Shown piece after piece: positions 1 to 11,700 of a stretch of DNA of 64,000 nt. Within the stretch, counting starts at the first letter, position 1. Every line of letters starts with the position of its first letter. Origin of the DNA: Lytechinus pictus. Its lineage: Eukaryota. Below the pieces are notes generated by a model, which was not told where the DNA came from, ran no database searches, and saw nothing but the letters and a program-made list of their open reading frames with translations. A program made the position numbers and the translations under genes. The stretch lies in assembly GCF_037042905.1 (NCBI RefSeq), contig NC_087250.1:26414001-26478000 (forward strand), written 5' to 3'.

Positions 1-758
1 TATTTTCAAACCAGATAAAAAAAGTTTACTACTAATTGCCACCATATTGATATATGTTTAGATCTAGTACATTGAAATAAACTTAGCTTTGTGAAATCAT
101 GAAATCTTAGCTAAATACCAATAATTCTGATGATCACGAACACAAAAATGCATATGTGGGACAGTGTATTATTAATATTTTTGTTTAGATTGTTCTTTGG
201 GCCTGATGTTTCCATCATAAAATGATTAAAAGTGGCACATGACCGCCACGTAAAAAAAACATGATATAATTAAAAGTACAAGCTTTGATATCAAGCTAAT
301 TAAAAATGAATTAACACCTAAATATTTATATGTTGGTAGCTAAATGGTATGTGTTAGAGGGAGTGACTTCCACAGCCGAGCCGTCATTGGAATATATGAA
401 GATTGATGAAGAGAAGTATTTGACTTTGGGACAATGACTCTGTAGGGGTGGGCAGCTTGGAAAATACCCGACATTTTATGGAATTCCGTGCCTTTTATTT
501 CTGGGCAATTACATTTATTCTTACAATTAAACACTTCGGTAGTCATTTTATTGGATTCTGTTTGAAGTCATTTTGAGATCGTTACCACAATTTCCATTTA
601 TCTTTAACTGATGAAAACAAATATGAATATCCCATTTGCAATGCGGAATATAAATGTAAATATACATGTATACATATATACATATGTATTTGTATACATA
701 TATAATATCCTCTTTTAGAGTAGTGCATTATGGGAAATGACAATCGTATGTACTCTAC

Positions 759-871
759 CTAATATCTTGGCTACTCTGGCGTAGTTTCGCTCACTAATAT
801 TCGGCCATATTGCTTTCACGCCATCTTCTGCCGTGATAGCTGCTAGTGCATTTACTCCAGACGATAGCGTG
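759..871 (-). CDS. Copy A coding exon 9 (STLSSGVNALAAITAED...)
   Basis: 113 nt, Na2-site S/T motif. Confidence 0.9.
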
Positions 872-3800
872 CTGCAGAAAGGGATAAGATCGAAATATTA
901 AATGATTCATCTATGATTCATCTTTCTTCAATATTTATTTTTTGTCTTCAAAATTCTGATTTTTGTTATTCCCTTGTTATCATCCTTCTACGGATAACGG
1001 GAGTAAAACAAGAACAATCTGAAATTAGACTATTCATTTTTGAAATATAGTTCCATTTTTTGTATACACAAGAAAATGTTTCAACTGGCGCAATTAATGG
1101 TCTCCGAAATAGCGCATTTTTTTTCGTGAGACGAAATGGTTGTCAGGTTGCTTCTCCCCTAACCCTCAATCACTAATTGCCCGAGGGTTACAGGACATGG
1201 TATTATGAATAACCGTCAAAGAATACCGGTGCTATGAATTTCAAGAGTTTTTAATTTATCATTTCATTCATCTTTTTGCTTTTTCTTTTCCTTTTTTTCC
1301 TTTAACTTGTTTTCTTTTCCCTTTTTTACGTTGAATGTAAAGTGCAAAATATCCTTGTCCTTTTATATACTTGTCCATTTTTATGCAAATAAAGAGAATT
1401 GAATTGTGTATCAGTTAGCCTACCTCAGAGATGCACTGACAACTGATGCTAGAAATACACCAGGCAATCCGGGAATTTCGGCAAACATCTCCATCACAAA
1501 GAGAGGCATTATCTAAAAAAAAAAAATATATATATAACGAAATTCGATTCCGGAAAGTAGTTTATGGGGAAAATGAAATTTCAATATAAGAGGTGGCAAT
1601 GAACCGAGATGCAGATCAGCTCTAAATGATAGGAACTGAACTTAGACCTACGGATAAAGATGTAAACAAGTGTATCCAGCGGGCATTTTATGTAACGATT
1701 TTTGTAAGTGTTAAGGAGATCTTACAGCTTTTTCACCAAAGAGAACCTATCTACCCGATAGTTTATATTAAGCATTATATACCTGGTCACGTGACGAGAC
1801 GACCTTCGATTTCCATGGGTCGCAGTTTACGTAGTAGGCGTACATAACCAATCCAGAGAAGATGCATAGGGAAAGTATTATCCCCTTTAAGAGGACCGCG
1901 AGGAACAAGGCCCTACAGACATGAAAAGAAAATTAAAATTATTTCGAAACAAGAAAACAGATGTTGTTTTGTATGTTAACTATTTACTGTTTTGAGCTTA
2001 TGCCTGGAAATAATTTCAACAATTTGTTTTTCTATTCGGCATTTATATTGCATAAGATTTTAATATACTCATAAAGCCAAATATTTTAGTAAACAATACA
2101 ATAATACATTGAGCAGTGATTTATTCTTTATTATGATTTTTATTTATTTGTTGCTGTCTTGTAATTTCATATCTTTTTTATTGATTTTTTATTTATCTAT
2201 CTTTATATTTATTCATTCATCTATTTTGGTGGGGATTTAAAACATTTCTATGCACGGCGTTGGAAGAAAAAAAAATGCGCTGGAAATACCACTACCTCAC
2301 ACTTACCGTGTTTACATGTGATCGGCTTTTGGTTCAGAACCGCGAGCCGATGCGAATCGGCTTTTGGGTTTATCTTGCACCGCGTTTACACGCTGCATCG
2401 GCTCGCGGTTCAGAATCGGCTCGCGTGTCAAAAACCTGAAATGATCCGCGCACCAACAGTATACGTCATAATAAAGACAACGCTGGATCCATGCGCTTAC
2501 AAGTACGTCATAATGGTAAAGTAAATGAAATGCGCTTGAATTGCCGAGGCAGAATCGGCTTTCTGTTTACACGTAGAAAAAAAGCCGAATATGCATCGGC
2601 TAGCGGTTCTGAACCTGCTACTTTGGTGGTGCAAAATTGCCGATTCTGCACCGAGAGCCGATGCAAGTTAATCGCGTTTACACGCAATGAAAAAGCCGAT
2701 TCTGCATCGGCTCGCAGTTCTGAACCGCGAGCCGATGTAGCGTGTAAATTGTTACCCATACGCCTTGTCTCACCTGCACAATGTTTGGAAGTTACTTACT
2801 GTATGGCCCTGGGCTTGGTTCCACAAGCAATAAGGCGTTGAACCTCTATTTGGTTTGGTCTTGCCTCGGTAATGGTACCTCCTATCAACATAGTCCACAG
2901 TGTATATAGGATCCTCGGATCGGGGTTCCCCCTAAACAACAGTTAAACGAAAATTTAGAACGGCAGCCTACAGTGCATATCCTATTTTTTAGCACAATGT
3001 TGGCTAAATAAATTAAAACGATCGTTACAATCGCTTGTTCTGGGGAACAAAAGAGACGGTTGCAATTAGAATAATAGACATTTGAAGTTAACCCATCCCA
3101 CTGCAACAATAATTGGATATATTTATTTTTATTTATTTATTTTATTGAAATATATTTTTTCAGGAAAAACACAAGATCAGTATAAAAACACTGTTTTACA
3201 TCAGATTCCTAAAGGGTTAAAAAGTTACATCAAAATTCAAAAGTCAAAACTGATATAAGAATACGACCAGCTGCATATAATAAGCTAAAAATATATGAAT
3301 GACAATGGCAGTTCGTAATAACGCAATTTATTAATATGAATAGATGGTTAATTCAATACAACATATATATTTGTTGCTGAACACTATACATAAATGATTA
3401 ATATTAAAAGAAATTCACTCAATAATGAATAAACCAAAAATAATGGTTGACAATGATAATGATAGCTATTAGATGATGATAATAGTAATAATGATGATAA
3501 TAATTATCAAAATAATATGTTTAATGGCAACAAATAATCATATCAAATTCATGAGAAAATATGTGATTAGATAAACCTATGGCAATAAATAATCGAATTT
3601 AAGGGTAAAAAAGGTGGTTGCTTGATTATATCAATTAATAAATGAACGCAATTAATGGATGTACTTACAGAGATAAATGAATGCAAATGATTAAATAAGT
3701 CGATCATGTAATAACACAAATTAATATGTTAATCATTTCAAATGGGGAGTTGGTAAATTTGGCCAAAAAAAATATTTACTCTAGAAACTGGATCCGATCG

Positions 3801-3949
3801 CCCTGTTCAGCAATTTGCCAAACTTTGTCGAGACCGCCGACCACCATGGTCCCTTTGATGATTAGGGCGACGACACCGACGATCATGATGATTCCTTGGA
3901 GGGTGTCTGTCCACACGACTGCCTTCAAACCACCCTGTACACATACAGA

Positions 3950-3990
<41 letters not shown>

Positions 3991-6900
3991 GAAAGAAATG
4001 GATGAAGAGAACAATGGTAGGCGTAGCTTAAATCAAGGTTCCCCGGAGCTATCTGCCCTTTTTTGGAAAAAAATTGGTAATGCCGAAAAAAATGTCTCTG
4101 CCGGGAATCAAACCCGGGCCCTGTTACACCCACACATGTAATAATCGCCCACAAATGTAATAACGCCCACAAATGTAATAACACTTTACCCATAAATGTA
4201 ATAATTTCACCCACAAATGTAATAATGCACTTAACCCACAAATGTAATAATTTTTGATCGCCCACAAACATGACAAATGTAATAATGACTTTACCCACAT
4301 TTTGAAGGGATTTTTGGCGAATCCGTTTTAAACTAACATCCGATAGTAATGCATTCATATAGCACAAAAGTGCAAAGTCTTTTTTTCCAGACCCGGTTAA
4401 TGCAAAGATTATAATATAAGTCCAAACTAAGATACGATAATGATATTCCAGTGGAATAAAAATAAGAATCGAGCTCAGTCTTTTCTCCAGACCCAATTAG
4501 AACTGGTGGAATAAATGTATTTGTTGTTGTTTTAACTTATACGGCGCGTATTGTGAATATATGCGCTAAGAGTAAATTGAGAATCAAGCGTAGTCTTTTC
4601 TCCAGACCCGGTTACTTAAAACTAAAAACTAAAACCCTTTACCCACAAATGTAATAATGCACTTTACCCACAAATGTAATAATTTTTGATCGCCCACAAA
4701 TCTAATAATGACTTTACCCACAAATGTTATAAACTTGAAGGGATTTTTGGCGAATCTGTTCTAAAGTAAAACACTATAGTAATGTGTTCATATAGCTCAA
4801 AGTCACAGTCTTTTTTCTCCAGACCCGGTTATGTAAAACATCGTAACAGTTTAGCGTAGTCTTTCCTCCAGACCCAAATATTTCAAATAACAAATAAAAA
4901 ATAATAAACAATAATAAAAAAAAGACCCCACGATCTTATTAATTTTGAACAAAATGTAAAAAGAACAAAAACAGACCCTGCAATCTTTTCAACACTGAAT
5001 AGCGTGTGTGTGTGTGTGTGTGTATTTGAGTTTTGTCAGACGTGTATCAATCAGATATGATTATTTACGTCTGGGACCGACCTTTAACGTCACCATCCGA
5101 AAGACGTGACCAGGATTCGAACATCTGCATCAATTTGTAACTTCCCCACGTAGCTTGGATAACAGGCGCACGCCGCAACGCCCAGCATCGAAATATGGTG
5201 TAGTCTTTGTTCCAGCCCCGGTTATTTCAAAATAGCAAATCATAAAGAACAATATCAACAAAGACCCCACAATCTCATTGATGTTGAATAACTTGAAAAT
5301 ATAGCGTAGACTTTCTTCAAGACCCAGTTTTTTTTAAATAACAAATCATAAAAAAGATATATAATAATAATAAAACAAAGGCCCCACAATATATTGATGT
5401 TGAATAACTGTTGTCGTTGTTGTTATCTTTGGTTTTGAGGCGCGTACCATTCAGATATGAATATTCACATGGAAATATAGCGTAGTCTTCCCTCCAGACC
5501 CACTTATTTCAAAATTACAAATAATTTTAAAGAGTCAACAAGTAACAAAGACCACCACTATCTTATTAATGTTAAATAACATGGAAATATAGCGTAGTCT
5601 TTCATCCAGACCCAGGTCTTCAAATAACAAATGATGAATAATAATAATAAATAAATAATAAGAAGAAAAACAAACAAAAGAACCGCGATCCTATTTATGT
5701 TGAATAACATGGAAATATAGCGTAGTCCTTCATCCAGACCCAGTTATAAAAATCATTAAAAACACAACAACAACAACAAAACAAAGACCCTGCAATGTTA
5801 TCAACATTGAATAACATGGAAATATGGTGTAATCTTTGCTCCAGACCCAGTTATTTCAAAATAGGAAATTATCAGAAACAATAAAAACAAAAAAAAAACA
5901 ATATTTACAAAGACCCCCCAATATCATTGATGTAGAATAACGTTGTTGTTGTTGTTATTTTGGGTTTTAAGGCGTGTATCATTCAGATATGAATATTTAC
6001 GCCTATGATTAATTTGTCGTTTGTGGTATGCGTTATCATAAGGTTTTTATAGTTTGGAAGATGCTGGGGTCTAAGTTTAAAGATTAAAGTTTCGCTCAAA
6101 TTGTATTTTTAAGAGAACTGGGTGTGGGGTAAAGACAACACTCTTAACCCAAGCATTTTAACTGGGTTTAATTTTGAAGATTGGTCTTAGCTTTCATTTT
6201 TTGTTCCATATTTATTTATCTTTTAAAAAACCGGGTCTAGACGAAAGACTAAGCATAATACTCGTGTTATTCCACAGGAATAAGAATTTGACAAAGTCTT
6301 ATGTTTTTAAGATTGTTTGAATTATTTTTCAAATGACTGGCTCTGGAATAATGACAACGCTCTAAACATATGCTTTTCTACATAGTCTCAATCTGGAGGA
6401 TTGTTGGTTCTTAGATTCGTTGTTGGGGGTTGGGTTTTATTGTTTTATTTATTCTTGAAATAAATGTGTCAGGAGGAAAGTCTACAATCGATCTTCATGT
6501 TATTCCACAGTAATTAGATTATTGGGTATTCGTTTTAGAATATTTGTAAAAACTATTTTATTTTTTTCAAATAATAACCAAGTCTGGATAAAGGATGTTT
6601 GCTTTACCCATGCATTATTACAATGTTTTGTAGGGGTCTTAGTATCATTGAAAAAAAAAACTGGGTGTGGGGTAAAGACATATTTTTTTACTGGGTGTAA
6701 CTTTTGAAGATTGGTCTTAGATTTGAAGTTTTTTAAATTCATTTTGTAAATAACCGGGTCTGGAGGAAAGAGTACGTTTTAAAACTCGTGTTATTCCACA
6801 AGAATTAGAATATGATAGGGTCTTACGTTAGAATATTTTTTTTCGTAAGTTTTTTTTTTATGATTAGGTCTGGAATAAAGACAACGCTCTGAACCTCTTT

Positions 6901-8685
6901 TTAAAACAGGTTCTTAGGTTGAAAGATTGTTTGGTCTTAGATTTGGAATTTTTTAAGTATTACTATTAGCGTTAAAAAAAAATGGGTTTGGCTGAAAGAC
7001 TATGCTATATGTCCATGTTATCCAGCATTAATACGATTATGGGGTCTTTGTTTTTTTTTTTTTTTTGTATTGTTATTTATAATTTTGGAATAACAGGGTT
7101 TGGAGGAAAGACTAAGCTCGATTTTCATTTTTATTCCACTGGAATATCGTTATGGTATCTTAGTTTGGACTTATATTATAATTTTTGAAACAACCGGGTT
7201 TGGAAAAAAGACTTTAGACTTATATTATAATTTTTGAAACAACTGGGTCTGGAAAAAAGATTTTGCAGTTTTGTACTATATGAACGCAATACTATAGGGT
7301 TTTAGTTTTTAGTTTTAAGTAACCGGGTCTGGAGAAAAGACTACGCTTGATTTTCAATTTACTCTTAGCGCATATATACACAGTACGCGCCGTATAAGTT
7401 AAAACAACAACAAAGACATTTATTCCACCAGTTTTAATTAACTGGGTCTGGAGACAAGACTAAGCTCGATTCTCATTTTTATTCCACTGGAATATCATTA
7501 TCGTATCTTACTTTAGACTTATATAATAATTTTTTAAACAACAGGGTCTGTAAAAAAGACTTTGGACTAATATTATAAGTTTTGAATTAACCGGGTCTGG
7601 AAAAAAGACTTTTCACTTTTGTGCTATATGAACGCATTACTTTAGGATTTTAGTTTAGAACGGATTCGCCAAAAATCCCTTCAAATTTATTAAATTTGTG
7701 GGTAAAGTCATTATTACATTTGTGGGTGAAATTATTACATTTATGGGTAAAGTGTTATTACATTTGTGGGCGTTATTACATTTGTGGGTAAAGTGTTATT
7801 ACATTTGTGGGCGTTATTACATTTGTGGGTGCAACAGGCCCCCAGCTTTGAACGCCGGTGCCTTAACCACTAGACCACAGAGACGGGTTAGTGGCTAGGG
7901 CGACCCCGATCCGACTGATCGTCAGATAAACAGATTTTCGACACTAATACCAATTATAATTTCCTTTGTCGGATGTAGGTGGGTTTTGAACAATGACAAG
8001 CCGCCATTGTTATCTTCATCCATTCCTTTCACAAAATATTTAAAGGACAAGTCCACCCCAAGAAAAAGTTTGAATAAAAATACAAAAATCCAACTAGCAT
8101 AACACTGAAAATTTCATCAAATTCGGATGTAATATAAGAAAGTTATGACATTTTAAAGTTTCGCTTAATTTCACAAAACAGTTCTATTCACATCCGGGCT
8201 GGTATGCAAATGAAGAAAATATGACGTCATCCACTCACTATTTCTTTTGTATTTCATTATACGAAATATGAAATATTCTAATTTTCTCTTCATTGTCAAG
8301 TGATGCAACGAATAATTCCTCCCTGAACATGTGGAATTAGATTGTTTAATACTATATGGTCCAGTCAAGTTGGTCCTTATTGTTAAATGTATACAAAATA
8401 AAATATTGTACCATTCAAACAATAAAAAACCAAATAAATAGTGAGTGACGGACATCATCGATTGAGTCACCTAGTTGTACATATCACTGTTTTGTGAAAA
8501 ATAAGCAAAACTTTAAAATGTCATAATTTTCTTATTTTACATCCGATTTTGATGAAATTTTCTGCACTATGCTAGTTTGATTTTTCTTTATTTATTCAAG
8601 TCAGCATTTTCCTGGGGTGGACTTGACCTTTAAATAAAAGAGTTGCCAAAGCTGTTATACATGTCTAATTTTACACATTTATATA

Positions 8686-8773
<88 letters not shown>

Positions 8774-11700
8774 TGGGAATCATTCTTTAAAGCGTAATAC
8801 CGATCTGTGTAATATAATAAATTTGGGGCGCCATAGTCTAGTTGCTACGATTTTCGTTTTTCAATCAGAGGGACGTGGGTTCGAATCCCAGCCATGGCGT
8901 GTTTTCCTTCAGCAAGAAATTGATCCACACTGTGTTGCACTCAACCCAGGTGAGGTGAATTGGTACCCGGCAGGATTAATTCCTTTAATGCATGCTAGAG
9001 CTAAACCCGGGGTAATAAAAATAACAGAGATTAAAATCCTATTTGATATAACATGTACCATGTGTTTGACCTTTACTTTTTCACACAACTTTCTCATTTC
9101 CCTCTTTTTCAAGAGCATTCAACACATCCTTTTCATGAGAAAAGTTCAGTTTTCATCATGATGATCATATTGATCTCAATAAACATGGTGATTGTATTCG
9201 TGAGCATGCAAATCTGAGGCAGATCACCTAATTCGTCCTCATGACGAATAAAAATTATAGTTAATATATATTTTTTTTTGCAACACTCCGCAAATTACTC
9301 TTATTTATTTGTGAAATACTCCTGGATGCTTACCACTGATGTATAAAATATACACACTATTCCAGTCGAAAGGATACATGTCCACAGATCAAATCCAGTA
9401 ACTATGGCAACCAAATGAAAAAATAAAATAAAAGGGAAATTAATGGAAATAACACGTTGGATTTTTTTTTTTGTGGGGGGGGGGTGGAGTCGTGATATGT
9501 GCAAACGCCGGGATATGTGCAAACAACGGTATATGTGCAAAATTTTGCCGGGATTTGTACAAACAACGGAATTTGTGCAAACGCCACGCCGGTAAATGTG
9601 CAAATCTGTCAAAATTTATCAACGGCATCTGTGCAAACGTGACGACGGGATATGTGCAAATGAACAATTTTCACGGGAAAATTGCAAACCTCCGGAATAT
9701 GTGCAAATCACTGCATTTATCCATATAAAGGCTATTTCTCATGAAATGTTTCAGTCATAAAAAAAAATTGTTAAAAATGAGAAACATGCCTGCATAAGGG
9801 AGAAGCTACAATGACATCGGCAATGAAACGCTTTTCAGAAAGGCGGCGGGGGGGGGGGGGGGCACCAACCTTAAATTGAAGACCCACTATCGTTTGGAAT
9901 AACATGGATGTAGAGTGTAGTCTTTTAATGCTCCAGACCCGGTCATTTAATCATTTGAAGATCCTTCTGAACTAAGATCCTGTACTAAAGCATGCATAAG
10001 GAGCATAGCCATTCAAAAATAATAAAAAAAACTGCAACACCTCACCGTCTACCAAATTAAGACCTTGTAGAAATGAATATAGAATGTATTCTTTACCCTA
10101 GACCTTGTTGTGTCAATAACAAAAAAAAATCAAATATAATACCTCACCGTCTAATTCCTATCGAATAAGTTGTTGTTGCTGTTGTTGTTTTAGCTTATAC
10201 GGCGCGCGTCATTCATTAGTGAATATTTGCGCCAAAAAAACCACATCCACCGAGCCGGATTCGAACCAGCGACATAAGGTTAATCATCAATCATCTACAG
10301 TCCTCCGCTCTACCAACTGAGCTATCGGTGGTTACTAGGTTTAAAGTGTAGTTTTTGCTCCAGACCGGGTGATTAAAAAAATTCTAAACTATTTAAGCCC
10401 CGCCATCTTCCACTACTAAGACTCTGTTATGAAGAACGTGTATATAACGTATTCTCAATTCTCCAGACCCGTTTATTTAAACAAATTTTCAAGACCCCAC
10501 AGTCTCATTCCTGTGAAAAAGATGGATATAAAGCGTTGTGTTTTCTCCAGACCTTTGATTAAAAAACCTTCAGAATTAAGACCCAAGACTAATGGGGCGT
10601 TGCAAGAAATTTACGTTGCAATTGATTGCAAATCGACTGCAACTTTGCAGCCGATTCCGATCGACTGCAACTAGCAATCAATCGCCAATTTGCGTTGCAA
10701 GAAAAAGGCTTGCGATTGAACGCAAGTTGCAGCTGATCTGCAGACGATTTGCAGCTGTAAACAGGGTCTGCAGCACAAGACTAGCCGAAAAAGCAAAATA
10801 ATGGCTTGCAACAATCCTGTTTGTGGAAGAGAGTAAGTAGAAAATATTCATTTTTCAGACAATTCTTTCTCCATTATGTATGTTTTTAGAGAATTTATAT
10901 ATTTTAGACCTATGCCAGTGAAAAAAATTATTTTGAAAAAAGTGAAACTGTATCTTTATCGCCGGTCGAAATTTCACCTTCAACAAATTTTCTACCGTAC
11001 AATTTCAATCCCAGTCCCACACTTGACTTTTTGTGTCGGTAATGCACGGTTGTATCAACAACACGGCAGGTCATTGCCGGTGCAGTGCTGTTAAAAATCA
11101 CCCAGAAGCAAGTAAATGTGTAGGCTCTAATTATGTATGAAACATCGAAAATGACCTTCAAAGATTATTTTTGTGCCTATTTGAAATGATTTTTTAAGTT
11201 ATATCGGTTTCAACGGAGAATAGCCATCCAGTAAATAGAAATTAAAGACTTCCATTACAATTTACAGTCTAGACATTTCCAAAAAAAAAAATTCCTCTCC
11301 ATTTGTCTCTCTTTTTTTATGAGTCTGTCTAACGTTACCTCGAGCGAAGTTCGTGCAGGCCCTACTCCACTTCACTACCGCTACACTACGCTCCACCTAC
11401 CCGAACTTCGAGACTGAACTCTATCTGATATTCCGAGTGACAAAGGTGGGATTTTATGGGGGGGGGGGGAAATATAAAATTCATGCAACATCACGATCTT
11501 TAAAAACAATTCAAACTAATATTCTTACTTTACACCAAGTTTCACTTTTTCATGCTTCTATCAGTCTCAAAATTGGTGATTTAGAGCCAACATGAAGTTC
11601 CTCACACAAATAAATAATTTGCTGCCGTATCGCGCGTGCATGCAATGTTTTGAAATCGGCAGTGAATTATTTATACGTGTGAGGAACTTCATGTTGGCTC

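Larger units (their letters stand above)
3985..8038. mobile_element. Small TIR element carrying the tRNA-like sequence, split by the 3.7-kb foldback
   Basis: TGTGAAAGAAATGGATGAAGA(G)AACAATGG at ~3988 is inverted at ~8004-8033; copy B counterpart ~53185-55668. Confidence 0.6.

Noticed and set aside
1626..1847. Plus-strand 73-aa ORF conserved at 48115-48336
   Set aside because: Antisense to exon 7 and its intron; conservation is explained by the duplication.
2769..2799. Alternative GTGAG donor downstream of exon 6
   Set aside because: Extension reads through an in-frame TAA.
3807..4496. 229-aa ORF and the related ORF at 7698-7898
   Set aside because: Runs through foldback subrepeats and a TA microsatellite; the true exon 5 is in another frame.
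4380..5950. CRISPR-like repeat/spacer appearance of the CCAGACCC array
   Set aside because: Eukaryotic context, degenerate units with mutually homologous inter-repeat sequence, inversion at the centre and no cas genes.
9402..9728. Cys-rich ICAN-repeat ORFs here and at 18832-19315
   Set aside because: Mirror-image translations of TIR subrepeats.
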